A stretch of 63,735 nt of DNA, the filler included, from Coriobacteriales bacterium (lineage in GTDB: Bacteria; Actinomycetota; Coriobacteriia; Coriobacteriales; UBA8131): NCBI GenBank assembly GCA_031263105.1. It is 6 parts of 6 records of this genome, joined end to end, with 100 filler letters (N's around TTAATTAATTAA, not from the genome) between each part and the next. Parts side by side here need not be neighbours in the genome. Positions count along the whole stretch, not along the records: positions 12,756 to 36,928 come from JAISGJ010000056.1; 5 more parts are not named here. One strand, given 5' to 3'. Position numbers and translations under genes: made by a program. Each line of letters begins with the position of its first letter. The first letter of the stretch is position 1. This document shows, in pieces, positions 18,323 through 28,454 of the stretch. The notes beneath the pieces were generated by a model that ran no database searches, had not been told where the DNA came from, and saw only the letters and a program-made list of their open reading frames with translations.

Positions 18323-20155
18323 ATGTCGGACAAGAGCACAGCCAAAACCACGGCAAGGCCCGCAGCAAAGCCTGCATCGCCCTCGCCCACCATGCGGACG
18401 CTGCACTTCTATTGGCAGGTCACTGCGGCGCAGATGCCCCTGTTCGTCCTCGCGCTCGTCTCGACGCTCGGCTTCGTCTTCCTCCTGTCGTTCGCCAACC
18501 CCTGGGTCGTCGCGCAGGTCATCGACCGGGTAAGCGCCTCCTCGGTCGCCCCCGACGAGGTGCTTGCGGTCTTCGGCCCCTCCATCCTGCTGCTCATCGG
18601 CGTCAATGTGCTGGGGCAGCTGAGCAGCAAGCTCCAGGACTACAGCGTGTGGAAGCTCGAGATACGCGCGAACTACCTGCTCGCGACCCGCGCCTTCGAC
18701 ACGCTGTCCAACCAGTCGATGACCTTCCACTCCAACCGCTTCGGCGGCTCGCTCGTCAGCCAGACCCAGAAGTTCCTGAGCGCGTACACCATGCTCATGG
18801 AGAACCTCGTCTATGCGGTCATCCCGGTCGTCATGACGGCCGTGTTCACCGTGATGATGCTCGTGGGCACCGTGCCCCTGTACGTCGTCATCCTCGCCGT
18901 GCTGCTCGTGGTCTATGTGACGGTCGCCTACCTCATGTACAAACGTGTGCTGCCGCTCAACAGCCGCGCCGCCGCAGCGCAGAACGCGCTTTCCGGCGAG
19001 CTCTCCGACAGCATCACGAACATCCTTGCGGTCAAGACCTACGGACGCGAGGGCTACGAGCGCGGGCTGTTCGATGCCGCCAACCGCGACGTGGTGCACG
19101 CGGACTCGGTGCGCATGCGCTCCTCCACCCTGCGCGGGGCGATAACCAGCACCATCATCGTCGTCATCATGATGCTGGCCGTCGTCTTCATCACGGGCGG
19201 CAACGCCTGGTTCGGGATAAGTGCGGGCACCCTCGTCATGATGTTCACCTATACCTACGCGCTGACGATGCAGTTCAACCGCATCAATCTGATGTTCCAG
19301 ATGATAAACCGGGGCTTCGGCGACGCGCACGACATGACCCTCGTCCTCGACGAGCCGACGCTCGTGGCCGACGTGGACGGCGCAGCCGCGCTTTCGGTCG
19401 CGCAGGGGAGCATCGACTGCGACGATTTGACCTTCTGGTATGCGGACGCGAACGAGGAGAGCAAGGTCTTCCGTAACTTCTCGCTGCATATCCCTGCGGG
19501 CCAGAGGCTCGGGCTCGTGGGGCGCTCGGGCTCGGGCAAGACGACGCTGACGACCCTGCTGCTGCGCCTGTCCAACCTCCAGGCGGGCAGCATCCGTATC
19601 GACGGGCAGGACATCTCACAGGTCACCCAGGTGAGCCTGCGCCAGCAGATCGCCTACGTGCCGCAGGAGCCGCTGCTGTTCCATCGCACGGTGCGGGAGA
19701 ACATCGCCTACGGCTGCCCCCATGCCTCCGACGACGCGATACGCGAGGCGGCCGTCAAGGCCAACGCGCTCGAGTTCATAGAGCAGCTTCCCTACGGCTT
19801 CGAGACCGTGACCGGCGAGCGCGGCGTGAAGCTCTCCGGCGGGCAGCGCCAGCGCATCGCCATCGCCCGCGCCATCCTCGCCGACCGTCCCATACTGGTA
19901 TTGGACGAGGCCACCTCGGCCCTCGACTCGGAGAGCGAACGGCTCATCCAGGATGCGCTGCGCAACCTCATGGAGGGGCGCACGGCCATTGTCGTGGCAC
20001 ATCGGCTTTCCACCATCGCGAGCCTCGACCGCATCGTCGTGCTCTCCGACGGCTGCATCGTCGAGGACGGCACCCATGCCGACCTCGTGCAGGCCGAAGG
20101 CGAATACGCCTACCTCTGGAGCCGACAGACCGGCGCCTACCTCACAGACGAGTGA
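18323..20155 (+). CDS. ABC exporter, fused permease/ATPase
   Basis: TM domain plus GRSGSGKTT, LSGGQRQR, LDEATSALD. Confidence 0.93.
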   Translation: MSDKSTAKTTARPAAKPASPSPTMRTLHFYWQVTAAQMPLFVLALVSTLGFVFLLSFANPWVVAQVIDRVSASSVAPDEVLAVFGPSILLLIGVNVLGQLSSKLQDYSVWKLEIRANYLLATRAFDTLSNQSMTFHSNRFGGSLVSQTQKFLSAYTMLMENLVYAVIPVVMTAVFTVMMLVGTVPLYVVILAVLLVVYVTVAYLMYKRVLPLNSRAAAAQNALSGELSDSITNILAVKTYGREGYERGLFDAANRDVVHADSVRMRSSTLRGAITSTIIVVIMMLAVVFITGGNAWFGISAGTLVMMFTYTYALTMQFNRINLMFQMINRGFGDAHDMTLVLDEPTLVADVDGAAALSVAQGSIDCDDLTFWYADANEESKVFRNFSLHIPAGQRLGLVGRSGSGKTTLTTLLLRLSNLQAGSIRIDGQDISQVTQVSLRQQIAYVPQEPLLFHRTVRENIAYGCPHASDDAIREAAVKANALEFIEQLPYGFETVTGERGVKLSGGQRQRIAIARAILADRPILVLDEATSALDSESERLIQDALRNLMEGRTAIVVAHRLSTIASLDRIVVLSDGCIVEDGTHADLVQAEGEYAYLWSRQTGAYLTDE

Positions 20156-20564
20156 GCACGTGGGCACCTCAGCCCAGAGAAGACGAAGAGAGCACAAGAT
20201 CCACCGTCCCCTGTGCGTTCCTCTGCGTTCCGCCGTCCCCTTTGCGTTCGTCCCCTTTGCGTTCCGCTCGCCCCAAGACCTGTGGACGAGCGGAGGGTTC
20301 TGCCTGTTGAAAGGAGGGTCTGCTGGTCGGGATGTCCGCCTGTCCAGGGGAGCAGGCCGCTCACGAAAATGAGATGCGCTTTGGGGCGCGGGTGTGTGCT
20401 TAAATAGGGCTGCGGAAGAAATGAATATTCAAGATTTCTCAAATTTAATACATCGCTTGTACGAGGCTTGGTTAAAATAACCGTAAAAGTTAATTTTTTC
20501 CTCCTTGTACTCAAATGTTTGTTGGTGCTGGAGCTGTACATATTCATTCAATTGGAGAAGCGTC

Positions 20565-23500
20565 ATGAATACCCCCACCCTATCCAAGGCAGTCGTCTAT
20601 TCAAAACCTGCAAGGGGGCAGGATCCTTCGACCGGTCGTCCGGCACAGGAGGGTTCCACAGATTGTATGTCGTCACGCCCGCCTGCATCGGTGAGGGACA
20701 CGGCCGTCCGCGTGCGCAGGAGCGCACGCGGAAACGGGCCTTGGGGCCGCGCGGCGCTCTCCGTCCTCCTGTCGCTGCTGCTTGTGTTCGGCCTGTTTCC
20801 CGGTGCGGCGGCCTTTGCCGGGCCGCAGTCCGCCCCTGGGTCGCAGACCGCTCTCGGGCAGCCCTCCGAGCAAACGCCCGCCCCTGAGCCTCCGGCGGCA
20901 GGGGGCGGCTCCCCGTCGCCTTCCGTCCCGCCTGTGACCGCCGCCCCCGCCGACCCCGGCGCAGGCGCACCCGGCTCGCAGCCCCCCGCCTCCTCCGCTC
21001 CTGGTGCAGGCGATCCTCCCTCCCCGCCTCCCGCCGCCGCCCCGCAGCCCCCCGCCCCGCCCGCCGACCCCGGCGCAGGCGTCCCCGCCTCGCCCGCCGA
21101 CCCCGGCGGCACCCCCGCCCCCGCCCCGCCCGCCGACCCCGGTGCCTCCGCCCCTCTCGTCCCGCAAGCAGCCCCCGCCCCCGCCCCGCAGCCCCCCGCC
21201 CCCTCCCTCCCCTTGGGCCCCCAGGCCGCGACGGCCACCACGGTGAGCACCCAGTTCCATGACGTGCGCATCGGCGGCTCCCTTGCCGACCCTGACACCT
21301 CCTCGGTCGTCAAGACCGGCGACAGCTCGCTCATGCGGTACGTCTTCACGGTGACGACCGACGGCACGGTGGAGCCGCAGCGCTTTGCGTTCCGCGTGTG
21401 CCTGGACGACCCAAAGGGCCTGATATCCGTGAGCCCGAACAGCAACTACACGCTTGTCCGCGGCGGCCTCAACGGGCCTGCGGACACCACGGACAGCCCT
21501 GGGCGCTACTGGTGGGTCCAATGGAAGGCGCCCTTCAGCGGCACGTACACGGCAGAGGTGCAGCTGAACGTCACGCCTTTCGAGAACTTCGTCACGGCCG
21601 ACAAGGCACAGAGCGGCTTCGTGATACAGCCCTTCGACATGGGTGGCGCCGCGCCAAAGGCCGCAGGCCTGCCCTACGAGAGCAGTGCCACGGGTGCCGT
21701 CTTCGTCGCCCAGGCCGACAGCTGGGCCTTCGGTGACGCGACGACCACGACCGCGCCTACGCACGTCATCCGCCCGGGCGCCTACGGCACCGCATCGGTT
21801 CCGGGTCTCCGCATAACGCTCTCCGCCCAAGAGCGCGCCTTCGACGCCGCAGCCAAGGGACGCGCCTATACCGACACCGTGAACCTTGCCCAGAACTTCG
21901 TGGTCCCCACCGACAAGGGCGGGGAGCCGCTCGTGCTCATCGCCCCTGCGGACCTCAGGGACGCAGGCGGCAGCCCCCTGCCCGCAAGCGCGTATGCCGC
22001 CACGTACTTCGCCAGCCCCTACGACGGCTACCTCAAGGACTTCACGCTCAAAGGCACCGTGAGAAACCCCACGCTCGGCGCGCAGGACCCGGGCGACCTC
22101 GTGCCCGACGCCCCGATGGGCACGGCCTCGCTCACCTTCGCCATACAGGGGGCACGCTACAACAAGGCGCTCATCGAGACGCTGTTCAACGGCGCGGACA
22201 CGTCCCAGACCCCGAGCTTCGGGCCCTTTTACCTTACGACGGACCCCACGGCGGTGGCGGGCATGAACAACGCCGCCCCCAATGTGGCGGTGAGCCCCCT
22301 CGCGTCGGCATCCGGCCCGCAGCCCACGTATTCGCAGGGCAGCCCGCTCCTCATCGGTGCGGGTGCGCGCGCCAACGCCTTCGCCTTCGTCTACGACAAC
22401 CAGAAGCGGCCGACGGAGGACGCCAGCCGGACCTTCAGGCAGCACGCCTTCGTCAAGGCCATCACGCGCATCGCCGACATCCCTTCCAAAGGCACGCTTT
22501 CCGAGGAGTTCGGGGCGCTCTCCGGCAACCTCGTGCGCTACCAGCTGGGGCAGGACATCAGGAACGAGCAGCAACGGTCCCTGGACAGCCTCACCATCAC
22601 CGAGGGCGGCTTCGACCCGCTCTACCTCAACCCCCGCGTCCTGCATCCGGGCACCTATGCCCGAGGCCCCGTCCCCGATGCCGCTGCCAAGCTGCGGGTC
22701 GTCATCCGTGAGGGGACGTCCTCCCGAGTACAGGAGTACACCGACTTCAAGGGCACGCTCCCCGACCTCACGATAGCCGACCCCTCGAAGGTCACCTCCA
22801 TCGAGCTGGTCTACACCGACATCGAGCCGGGCTTCAGCTTCAGGAACGGCCCCGAGATCGACTTCCAGGTCGCCGACAACATCCCCGACAGCATGGAGAA
22901 CGAGAAGATCGTCAACAGCGCCACGGCCTCCTATGCCTATACGCCGGAGAACTCGACCCAGCAGGTGGTGACGGCCGGCAAGGCGCTGAACCCGAGGCAC
23001 TCCCCTGTGGCGAGCTTCCGTTACAAGAAGGTCAACGACCTCATCGGACGCTACAGCTTCAACAAGACCGGCGACAACGTGACGAGGCCGGGGGCGTTTC
23101 CCGCTGCCGGCGACCAGCTCTCCTATCGGGTCAACCTGCGCAATGCCACCGACGCGAACATGCATATCGGCCGTTTCGTCGATACGCTCTACGGCCTGCA
23201 GAGCTATGTCGACGACCCTCGCAACGTGAGGCTGCTTCTGCGGGAGTTCGATGCCTCGGGAAAGCCGACAGGCGCGCCCAGTGTCGTCACCGACACGATG
23301 CTCAAGGACCTCGGCTGGATCAACGACGGCCAGACGCTTGCCGACATCCTCACGATAAAAAACGAGGCGCGTCCCGCCACGGGCGCACGTTCCGGCACCT
23401 TGACCATCACCCCTGTGAAGGCCGATGCCCACCTGCCCCCGCGCAGCAAGCTCGACATCTCCTATCAGACCGTCGTCCGTCCGGGCTTCAGCGCGGCCGA

Positions 23501-26500
23501 CCCGAAGAACCGGGCGCTGCAGAACCGCTTCGTCCTGTACGCGCCTGACGGGGTCACCGTCCTCGGCAAGGGGCGTGCCGGCTGGGCCCTGTCCGACGCC
23601 TCCCAGGGCCCCGGCGTCGTCACGAAGAGGGTCGTCAACGCGTCGCCCGGCTATGTGGGCCAGAACCCCGTCCCCGGCGACGTCATGTTGTTCACCATAG
23701 ACGTCTGGAACACCACCGGCAGCACCCTCAAGGGCTTCATGGTGCGCGACAGCTACTTCAACCCCGGCGTCTTCCTGCCGCATGGCGACCTGAGCGGCAT
23801 AGACCCCCAGACGCCCTTGCCGGGCAGCGCGGCCTCCAAGGCCGGCTCGGGCTACGCGGCGCTGGTGGAGGGCAGGGACAGCACGAAGCCCCTCCATATC
23901 AGCGATGCGAACGCACGGGCCGTCAACCTTGCCATCGTGGACACGAGCGGGCTGGGCCCTGCGAGCACCATCAGCGGTGCGGGCGTCACGGCCAGCCCCG
24001 TCGACCTCCGCAAGGGCATCTTCGAGGTATACTTCCCCACCAGCTGCGAGCTTGCGCCCGGCGACAAGTTCACCATCGCCTACACCCTCAGGACGACGGA
24101 GAAGACCGAGGGCTCCACCGGTGCCGTCAGGCCTGAGGGAGGGGACACCGCCTTCAACAGCTTCGAGCTGCTCGACCTTCCGGGCCGGCCTGTCGGCAGC
24201 GGTGCCGTGACCCTCGAAGTGGACGCGTTTCTGGACAAGGTCGGGCAGGTCAGCGTCCTTAAGTCCGTCAAGCTCAAGGAGGGGACCGGCAGCCTCGGCA
24301 ACCTCTCCGTGGGCGACAGGCTCACCTACTCCATCGACGTCAGCAGCTACCACACCCGCAACAACACCGGGAAGGCCGTGCACGTCTCCAAGGTCATCGA
24401 CGACCTGCCGCGCTACCTTGTGCCGGACCTCGGCTCGGTCAAGGTCTACGACCGCATCATACAGGGGAGCAGCGAGAGCCTGAGCGAGACCGCCTTTCCC
24501 TGGAAGGCGCACGGGACCCCTCCGACGCCCGACGACGACCCGAGCGACGCGGCGCTCACGCCTGCGAACGCCAGGCTTACGGTGGACTTCTCCCCCTCCT
24601 GCAAGTTGGAAAGCGGCCATGCGGACAACAACCATGCCCGCCATCACCTCGTGGTGACCTTCGATGCCAAGGTCGATGCAGATCCCTCGCTCTTCCCGCC
24701 CATGACCGTTGCCGCCACAGGCGCCAACCTGGCGGAGGTGACGGCCGTGAACAAGGCGACGGCCGTCTTGGACGAGGGGGCGAACGACCTGTACGTCATC
24801 AACGGCACCAACCCGAGCGCCAACGACTACACCTATGCCTCGCAGACGGGCAAGGGCTGTCACGTGAGCTCGCATTCCGGCGGGGTCGTCATCAAGAACA
24901 GCCAGTACGGCGAGCTCGCTGTGAGCAAGAAGGTCGTCGGCGGGGCAGGGCTCGACCTTTCGGGCAGCGCCTCACTCCGGCGCGACTACACCGTCACCAT
25001 CACCAACAGCGCCCTGAGCCCCGTGCCGCTCGACGCCCTCGTAGACCTGCTGCCGCGCTACGAGAGGCTCGACACCGCGGTCACGCCCCAGATAAAGCTC
25101 GTCAAGCCCGGGATCGACCCTGCAACGGCGGTCTCCTCCGACCTCGCCTACACGCTCATGCCGGACTTCACCGAGCAAGGACGCGGCTTCGCGTCCAAGC
25201 GCGTCCGCTTCGACAACCCGGGGACGCTTGCGGCGGCCACGAAGGCTGGCTCGGCCATCAGCTCCTCGAAGGCGCTCATCACCTACTCGACGGTGATAGA
25301 CGCCAACGACAGGGCGGCCGCGCGCCAGGACTTCCGCAGCGACGACGTCAACGCCTCCGCATACGAGAACCAGGTAGGCGTCTACGTGTCCAAGCCCCAG
25401 GACAACATAAAGCCCGGGGCAGGCGCGAGCCTCGTGACCGAGGACGACACGAACAACTGGTTCGGGAGCCCTGAGGACGGCTATCGCTACCGCATCACGA
25501 GCAAGGCAGGGGTGACCCTCACCGACCAGTCGCTGGCGCCCTTCGTGGGCCTGGCCCCCTATACCATCGTGAGCACGACGGGCCAGCCCGACAAGCTGAA
25601 GGCCTATGTCCAAAGCAGCAGCCTGTTCCCCCATTCCGAGCTGAGCCTCAAGGTCGATCTCGGCAACTCCTCCGTCACCAAGGTCAACGGGGTTCCCTTC
25701 CGGGTGACGACCATGGCGCCGGGCGCCCATCTCGTGGTCGAGCTTCCCGAGCACCTGACGTACCAGGGCTTCCAGGTGGACGACGGAAAGGCGGGCGCGC
25801 ACCCCGTCCCCACCTACCTCGACGGCCTGAACGGGGAGGCCGGCCATGCCCCCACGGTCCTTACGGGCGGCGGCAGGACCTGGCTGGTGTGGAAGGTCAA
25901 CCGCAGCTTCGATGCGGGCGCAGGCACGGACTTCTATCTGCGCATCGGCACCGGCGGCGCCTATATGAGCTACGCGGTCAACGCCTACCTCGTCCCGCTG
26001 CAGGATGCCGGGCAGTTCTTCTACGACAAGCTTGTCGAGTCCTCCGACGAGTTCCGCCATCGCTTCGACTTCATGCCCGACACGATGGACCTCTCGGCTG
26101 CCGGCGTGCCGGGGCTTGCGGGCCCGCAGCACCTGGTGCGCACGAACGCAGGCTTCTACACCTTCGGCGACCTCGGCATCGACACCGTCATGCAGGTGAA
26201 GCAGCTTACCGGCGCAGGTGCGGGCCGCATGGTCTCGACGCAGGGCGGGAACCGCACGCTGACCGTGTCGGACCGCGACGAGTCCTTTGCCTATACGATG
26301 GCCCTCAACGTGCGAAGCTCGACCGGCAGGGGGGTCAGGAACCCCGTCTTCATCAACCGGCTCCCTTCGGTGGGCGACGTCGCGGTCCGTTCGGGCAGCC
26401 ATGATGCCCGTGGGAGCGAGGCGACGGCGCGTCTGGCGGGCACCGACGGCCTGGGCGACGTCACGGTGGATGTCGTCAACGCCTCCGGCGTCCGGCTCGC

Positions 26501-28292
26501 GGGCTTCGACCCGAAGGACTGGAAGGTCGGCTTCTGCACCGCTCCTGCGACGACGGCGTTCGACGCATCGGACTGGAGCGGCGCCGACAACGGCAGATGG
26601 GCCGGCACCGTCCCCGACCCCTCCGCCGTCACTGCCCTGCGCGTCGCGCGCACGTCCACGTCAGGCCCCGACTTCGAGCTGCCGCCCGGCTACAGCCTCA
26701 AGGTGACGGCGACGGCCAAGCTGCACGGATACGCCGTGCCGCTGCGGACGGCCCTGGACTCCTTTGCCTTCGACGGCTACATCGGCACAGGCAAGCACCC
26801 GACGCACGTCAACGCGGAGGTGCTCCCGCTCGGCGTGCGCGCCGACGTGCCCTACGACCGGGCCGTCATCACAAAGGTGCTGGACGACCCGACGCCGAGT
26901 CCCCGCATGACCGGCCCCTACCTGCTGGACCTCATAGGCATCGACCGGGACGACAGCTCCCAGACGAAGGTCATGGGCGGCGGCCCCTATGGCCTCAAGG
27001 TGGAGAAGGCAGGCGACGGGAGATGGTCGCAACGCATCGAGGTGGACGACCTGCCCCGTACCATGCGCTACACCGCCGTCGAGACCAACAACCCCGCAGG
27101 CTTCAAGGATCCCGTGGTGGACGTGAAGGAGGTGCCGGGGCCTGCGGGAAGCACGCTCTATGAGATAACCGTGACCAACGCGCCGAACCTGCATACGGTG
27201 CGCTATGACGCCAATGGCGGCACCGGCTCCCAGAGCGACCCGCAGACCTATTACCGTTACGACAAGGCGCAGGTCAAGGGCGCAGGCACGGTCAGCCGCG
27301 ACGGCTACGACTTCCTCGGTTGGAACACCCGGCCCAACGGGAGCGGCACTGCGCACCGTCCCGGCAGCAGGCTCGTCCTCGACGACACGGTGACGCTCTA
27401 TGCCCAGTGGGCCCCTGTGCCCCCGCCCCCGCCCGGTGCGCCGCTTGCGCCCGGTGCGCCGGTTGTGCCGCCCCGTCCGCCCGCCCCGCCTGCGCCGGCC
27501 GCGCCCACGCCGCTTGCGCCGCCGTGCAACCCGCTCTGCGGGCAGGCGGGTGCCGCGCCCTGCGCCTTTGGTTCTCCTACGTCGTCGGCAAGGGCGGACA
27601 CGCCTGCGCCTGCGCCCGCGCCCGCACAGGGCAAGGGCCAAGGCCAGGGCCAGGGCTCCAAGCAGGCCTCCAAGCCCAAGCCGCCTGTCTCTCCGGGCAC
27701 GGCGGCCGACGCAACGGACGCCTGCCCCTCCGACGACGGCTTCGGCATGGTGCCGCTCGGGGACTTCGGCCTCGTCGGGGCCTGGTCGCTGCTCAGCCTC
27801 GTCCTGTCGTTGGTCGCGCTCGTCCTGTCGGCGGTGCTCCTCCTCACGCTGCTGCGCCGCCGGCGCAGGCAGGACAAGGACGCGACGGGGCGTGCGGCGA
27901 GAGGCGCGACGGGGCGCGCGACGGCCTCCGTCGCCCAATGGCCGCAGGCCCGTCCCGCAGACGACGGGGTGCCGGCAGACGCCTCCTTGCAAGACGGGCT
28001 GCCGGATGCCCTCGCGTCCGCCCCCGCGTCCGATGGGGAGGAGGACGGGCGGCCGCGCGAGCGGCGTTACCGCCTCCGTGCCCTGAAGGTGGTGGCGGCC
28101 TGCGCAGGCATTCTGGTCGCCGTGCTGTTCCTGCTGCTCGACGACATGCGTCTCCCGATGGTCTGGGTCAACTGCTGGACCCCCCTCATAGGCGCGGTCT
28201 TCCTCCTCCATCTGGTGCTTGCCATCGTCCAATGCGCGGTCAAACGGCCGCGCACGGACGACGATGTGGATGCAGACAGCGAACAAGCGTAG
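20565..28292 (+). CDS. Very large surface protein (Pro-rich N-terminus, repeated beta-sandwich/DUF11-like modules, InlB B-repeat-like domain, C-terminal TM anchor); start may be 20668
   Basis: Signal peptide ...LFPGAAAFA; repeated K...GD.L.Y.I.V.N modules; VRYDANGG...GYDFLGWNT...TLYAQW; three C-terminal TM segments. Confidence 0.8.
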   Translation: MNTPTLSKAVVYSKPARGQDPSTGRPAQEGSTDCMSSRPPASVRDTAVRVRRSARGNGPWGRAALSVLLSLLLVFGLFPGAAAFAGPQSAPGSQTALGQPSEQTPAPEPPAAGGGSPSPSVPPVTAAPADPGAGAPGSQPPASSAPGAGDPPSPPPAAAPQPPAPPADPGAGVPASPADPGGTPAPAPPADPGASAPLVPQAAPAPAPQPPAPSLPLGPQAATATTVSTQFHDVRIGGSLADPDTSSVVKTGDSSLMRYVFTVTTDGTVEPQRFAFRVCLDDPKGLISVSPNSNYTLVRGGLNGPADTTDSPGRYWWVQWKAPFSGTYTAEVQLNVTPFENFVTADKAQSGFVIQPFDMGGAAPKAAGLPYESSATGAVFVAQADSWAFGDATTTTAPTHVIRPGAYGTASVPGLRITLSAQERAFDAAAKGRAYTDTVNLAQNFVVPTDKGGEPLVLIAPADLRDAGGSPLPASAYAATYFASPYDGYLKDFTLKGTVRNPTLGAQDPGDLVPDAPMGTASLTFAIQGARYNKALIETLFNGADTSQTPSFGPFYLTTDPTAVAGMNNAAPNVAVSPLASASGPQPTYSQGSPLLIGAGARANAFAFVYDNQKRPTEDASRTFRQHAFVKAITRIADIPSKGTLSEEFGALSGNLVRYQLGQDIRNEQQRSLDSLTITEGGFDPLYLNPRVLHPGTYARGPVPDAAAKLRVVIREGTSSRVQEYTDFKGTLPDLTIADPSKVTSIELVYTDIEPGFSFRNGPEIDFQVADNIPDSMENEKIVNSATASYAYTPENSTQQVVTAGKALNPRHSPVASFRYKKVNDLIGRYSFNKTGDNVTRPGAFPAAGDQLSYRVNLRNATDANMHIGRFVDTLYGLQSYVDDPRNVRLLLREFDASGKPTGAPSVVTDTMLKDLGWINDGQTLADILTIKNEARPATGARSGTLTITPVKADAHLPPRSKLDISYQTVVRPGFSAADPKNRALQNRFVLYAPDGVTVLGKGRAGWALSDASQGPGVVTKRVVNASPGYVGQNPVPGDVMLFTIDVWNTTGSTLKGFMVRDSYFNPGVFLPHGDLSGIDPQTPLPGSAASKAGSGYAALVEGRDSTKPLHISDANARAVNLAIVDTSGLGPASTISGAGVTASPVDLRKGIFEVYFPTSCELAPGDKFTIAYTLRTTEKTEGSTGAVRPEGGDTAFNSFELLDLPGRPVGSGAVTLEVDAFLDKVGQVSVLKSVKLKEGTGSLGNLSVGDRLTYSIDVSSYHTRNNTGKAVHVSKVIDDLPRYLVPDLGSVKVYDRIIQGSSESLSETAFPWKAHGTPPTPDDDPSDAALTPANARLTVDFSPSCKLESGHADNNHARHHLVVTFDAKVDADPSLFPPMTVAATGANLAEVTAVNKATAVLDEGANDLYVINGTNPSANDYTYASQTGKGCHVSSHSGGVVIKNSQYGELAVSKKVVGGAGLDLSGSASLRRDYTVTITNSALSPVPLDALVDLLPRYERLDTAVTPQIKLVKPGIDPATAVSSDLAYTLMPDFTEQGRGFASKRVRFDNPGTLAAATKAGSAISSSKALITYSTVIDANDRAAARQDFRSDDVNASAYENQVGVYVSKPQDNIKPGAGASLVTEDDTNNWFGSPEDGYRYRITSKAGVTLTDQSLAPFVGLAPYTIVSTTGQPDKLKAYVQSSSLFPHSELSLKVDLGNSSVTKVNGVPFRVTTMAPGAHLVVELPEHLTYQGFQVDDGKAGAHPVPTYLDGLNGEAGHAPTVLTGGGRTWLVWKVNRSFDAGAGTDFYLRIGTGGAYMSYAVNAYLVPLQDAGQFFYDKLVESSDEFRHRFDFMPDTMDLSAAGVPGLAGPQHLVRTNAGFYTFGDLGIDTVMQVKQLTGAGAGRMVSTQGGNRTLTVSDRDESFAYTMALNVRSSTGRGVRNPVFINRLPSVGDVAVRSGSHDARGSEATARLAGTDGLGDVTVDVVNASGVRLAGFDPKDWKVGFCTAPATTAFDASDWSGADNGRWAGTVPDPSAVTALRVARTSTSGPDFELPPGYSLKVTATAKLHGYAVPLRTALDSFAFDGYIGTGKHPTHVNAEVLPLGVRADVPYDRAVITKVLDDPTPSPRMTGPYLLDLIGIDRDDSSQTKVMGGGPYGLKVEKAGDGRWSQRIEVDDLPRTMRYTAVETNNPAGFKDPVVDVKEVPGPAGSTLYEITVTNAPNLHTVRYDANGGTGSQSDPQTYYRYDKAQVKGAGTVSRDGYDFLGWNTRPNGSGTAHRPGSRLVLDDTVTLYAQWAPVPPPPPGAPLAPGAPVVPPRPPAPPAPAAPTPLAPPCNPLCGQAGAAPCAFGSPTSSARADTPAPAPAPAQGKGQGQGQGSKQASKPKPPVSPGTAADATDACPSDDGFGMVPLGDFGLVGAWSLLSLVLSLVALVLSAVLLLTLLRRRRRQDKDATGRAARGATGRATASVAQWPQARPADDGVPADASLQDGLPDALASAPASDGEEDGRPRERRYRLRALKVVAACAGILVAVLFLLLDDMRLPMVWVNCWTPLIGAVFLLHLVLAIVQCAVKRPRTDDDVDADSEQA

Positions 28293-28454
28293 GCAGGACG
28301 GGGCCGCGCACGGCACATGAATCTATGGTAGGCTGGTAGGCGGCAAGAATCGTGGCGTTGTATTCCGACGACGGCATGTTCAGGATTACGCGCAAACACG
28401 TAACCGACACTCCCCTGGGGGGCGCGAGGTTATCTGAAGTAGTTACAGCAGGAC

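Noticed and set aside
17896..18393. N-terminal extension of the 795-aa PPIase ORF through the MITE
   Set aside because: The signal peptide and lipobox begin at 17895; the upstream part is open-frame repeat sequence, so it is not counted as an in-frame insertion
20200..20275. Short GTCCCCTTTGCGTTC repeats after the ABC exporter (and CAAGGGTGCGG repeats at 46200-46265)
   Set aside because: Probably eroded family B arms, too degenerate to delimit or assign a function
20673..24875. Very long antisense ORFs (1400 aa here; also 28443-31493, 61117-63012 and others)
   Set aside because: Shadow ORFs opposite well-supported genes, expected in high-GC DNA; no recognisable motifs
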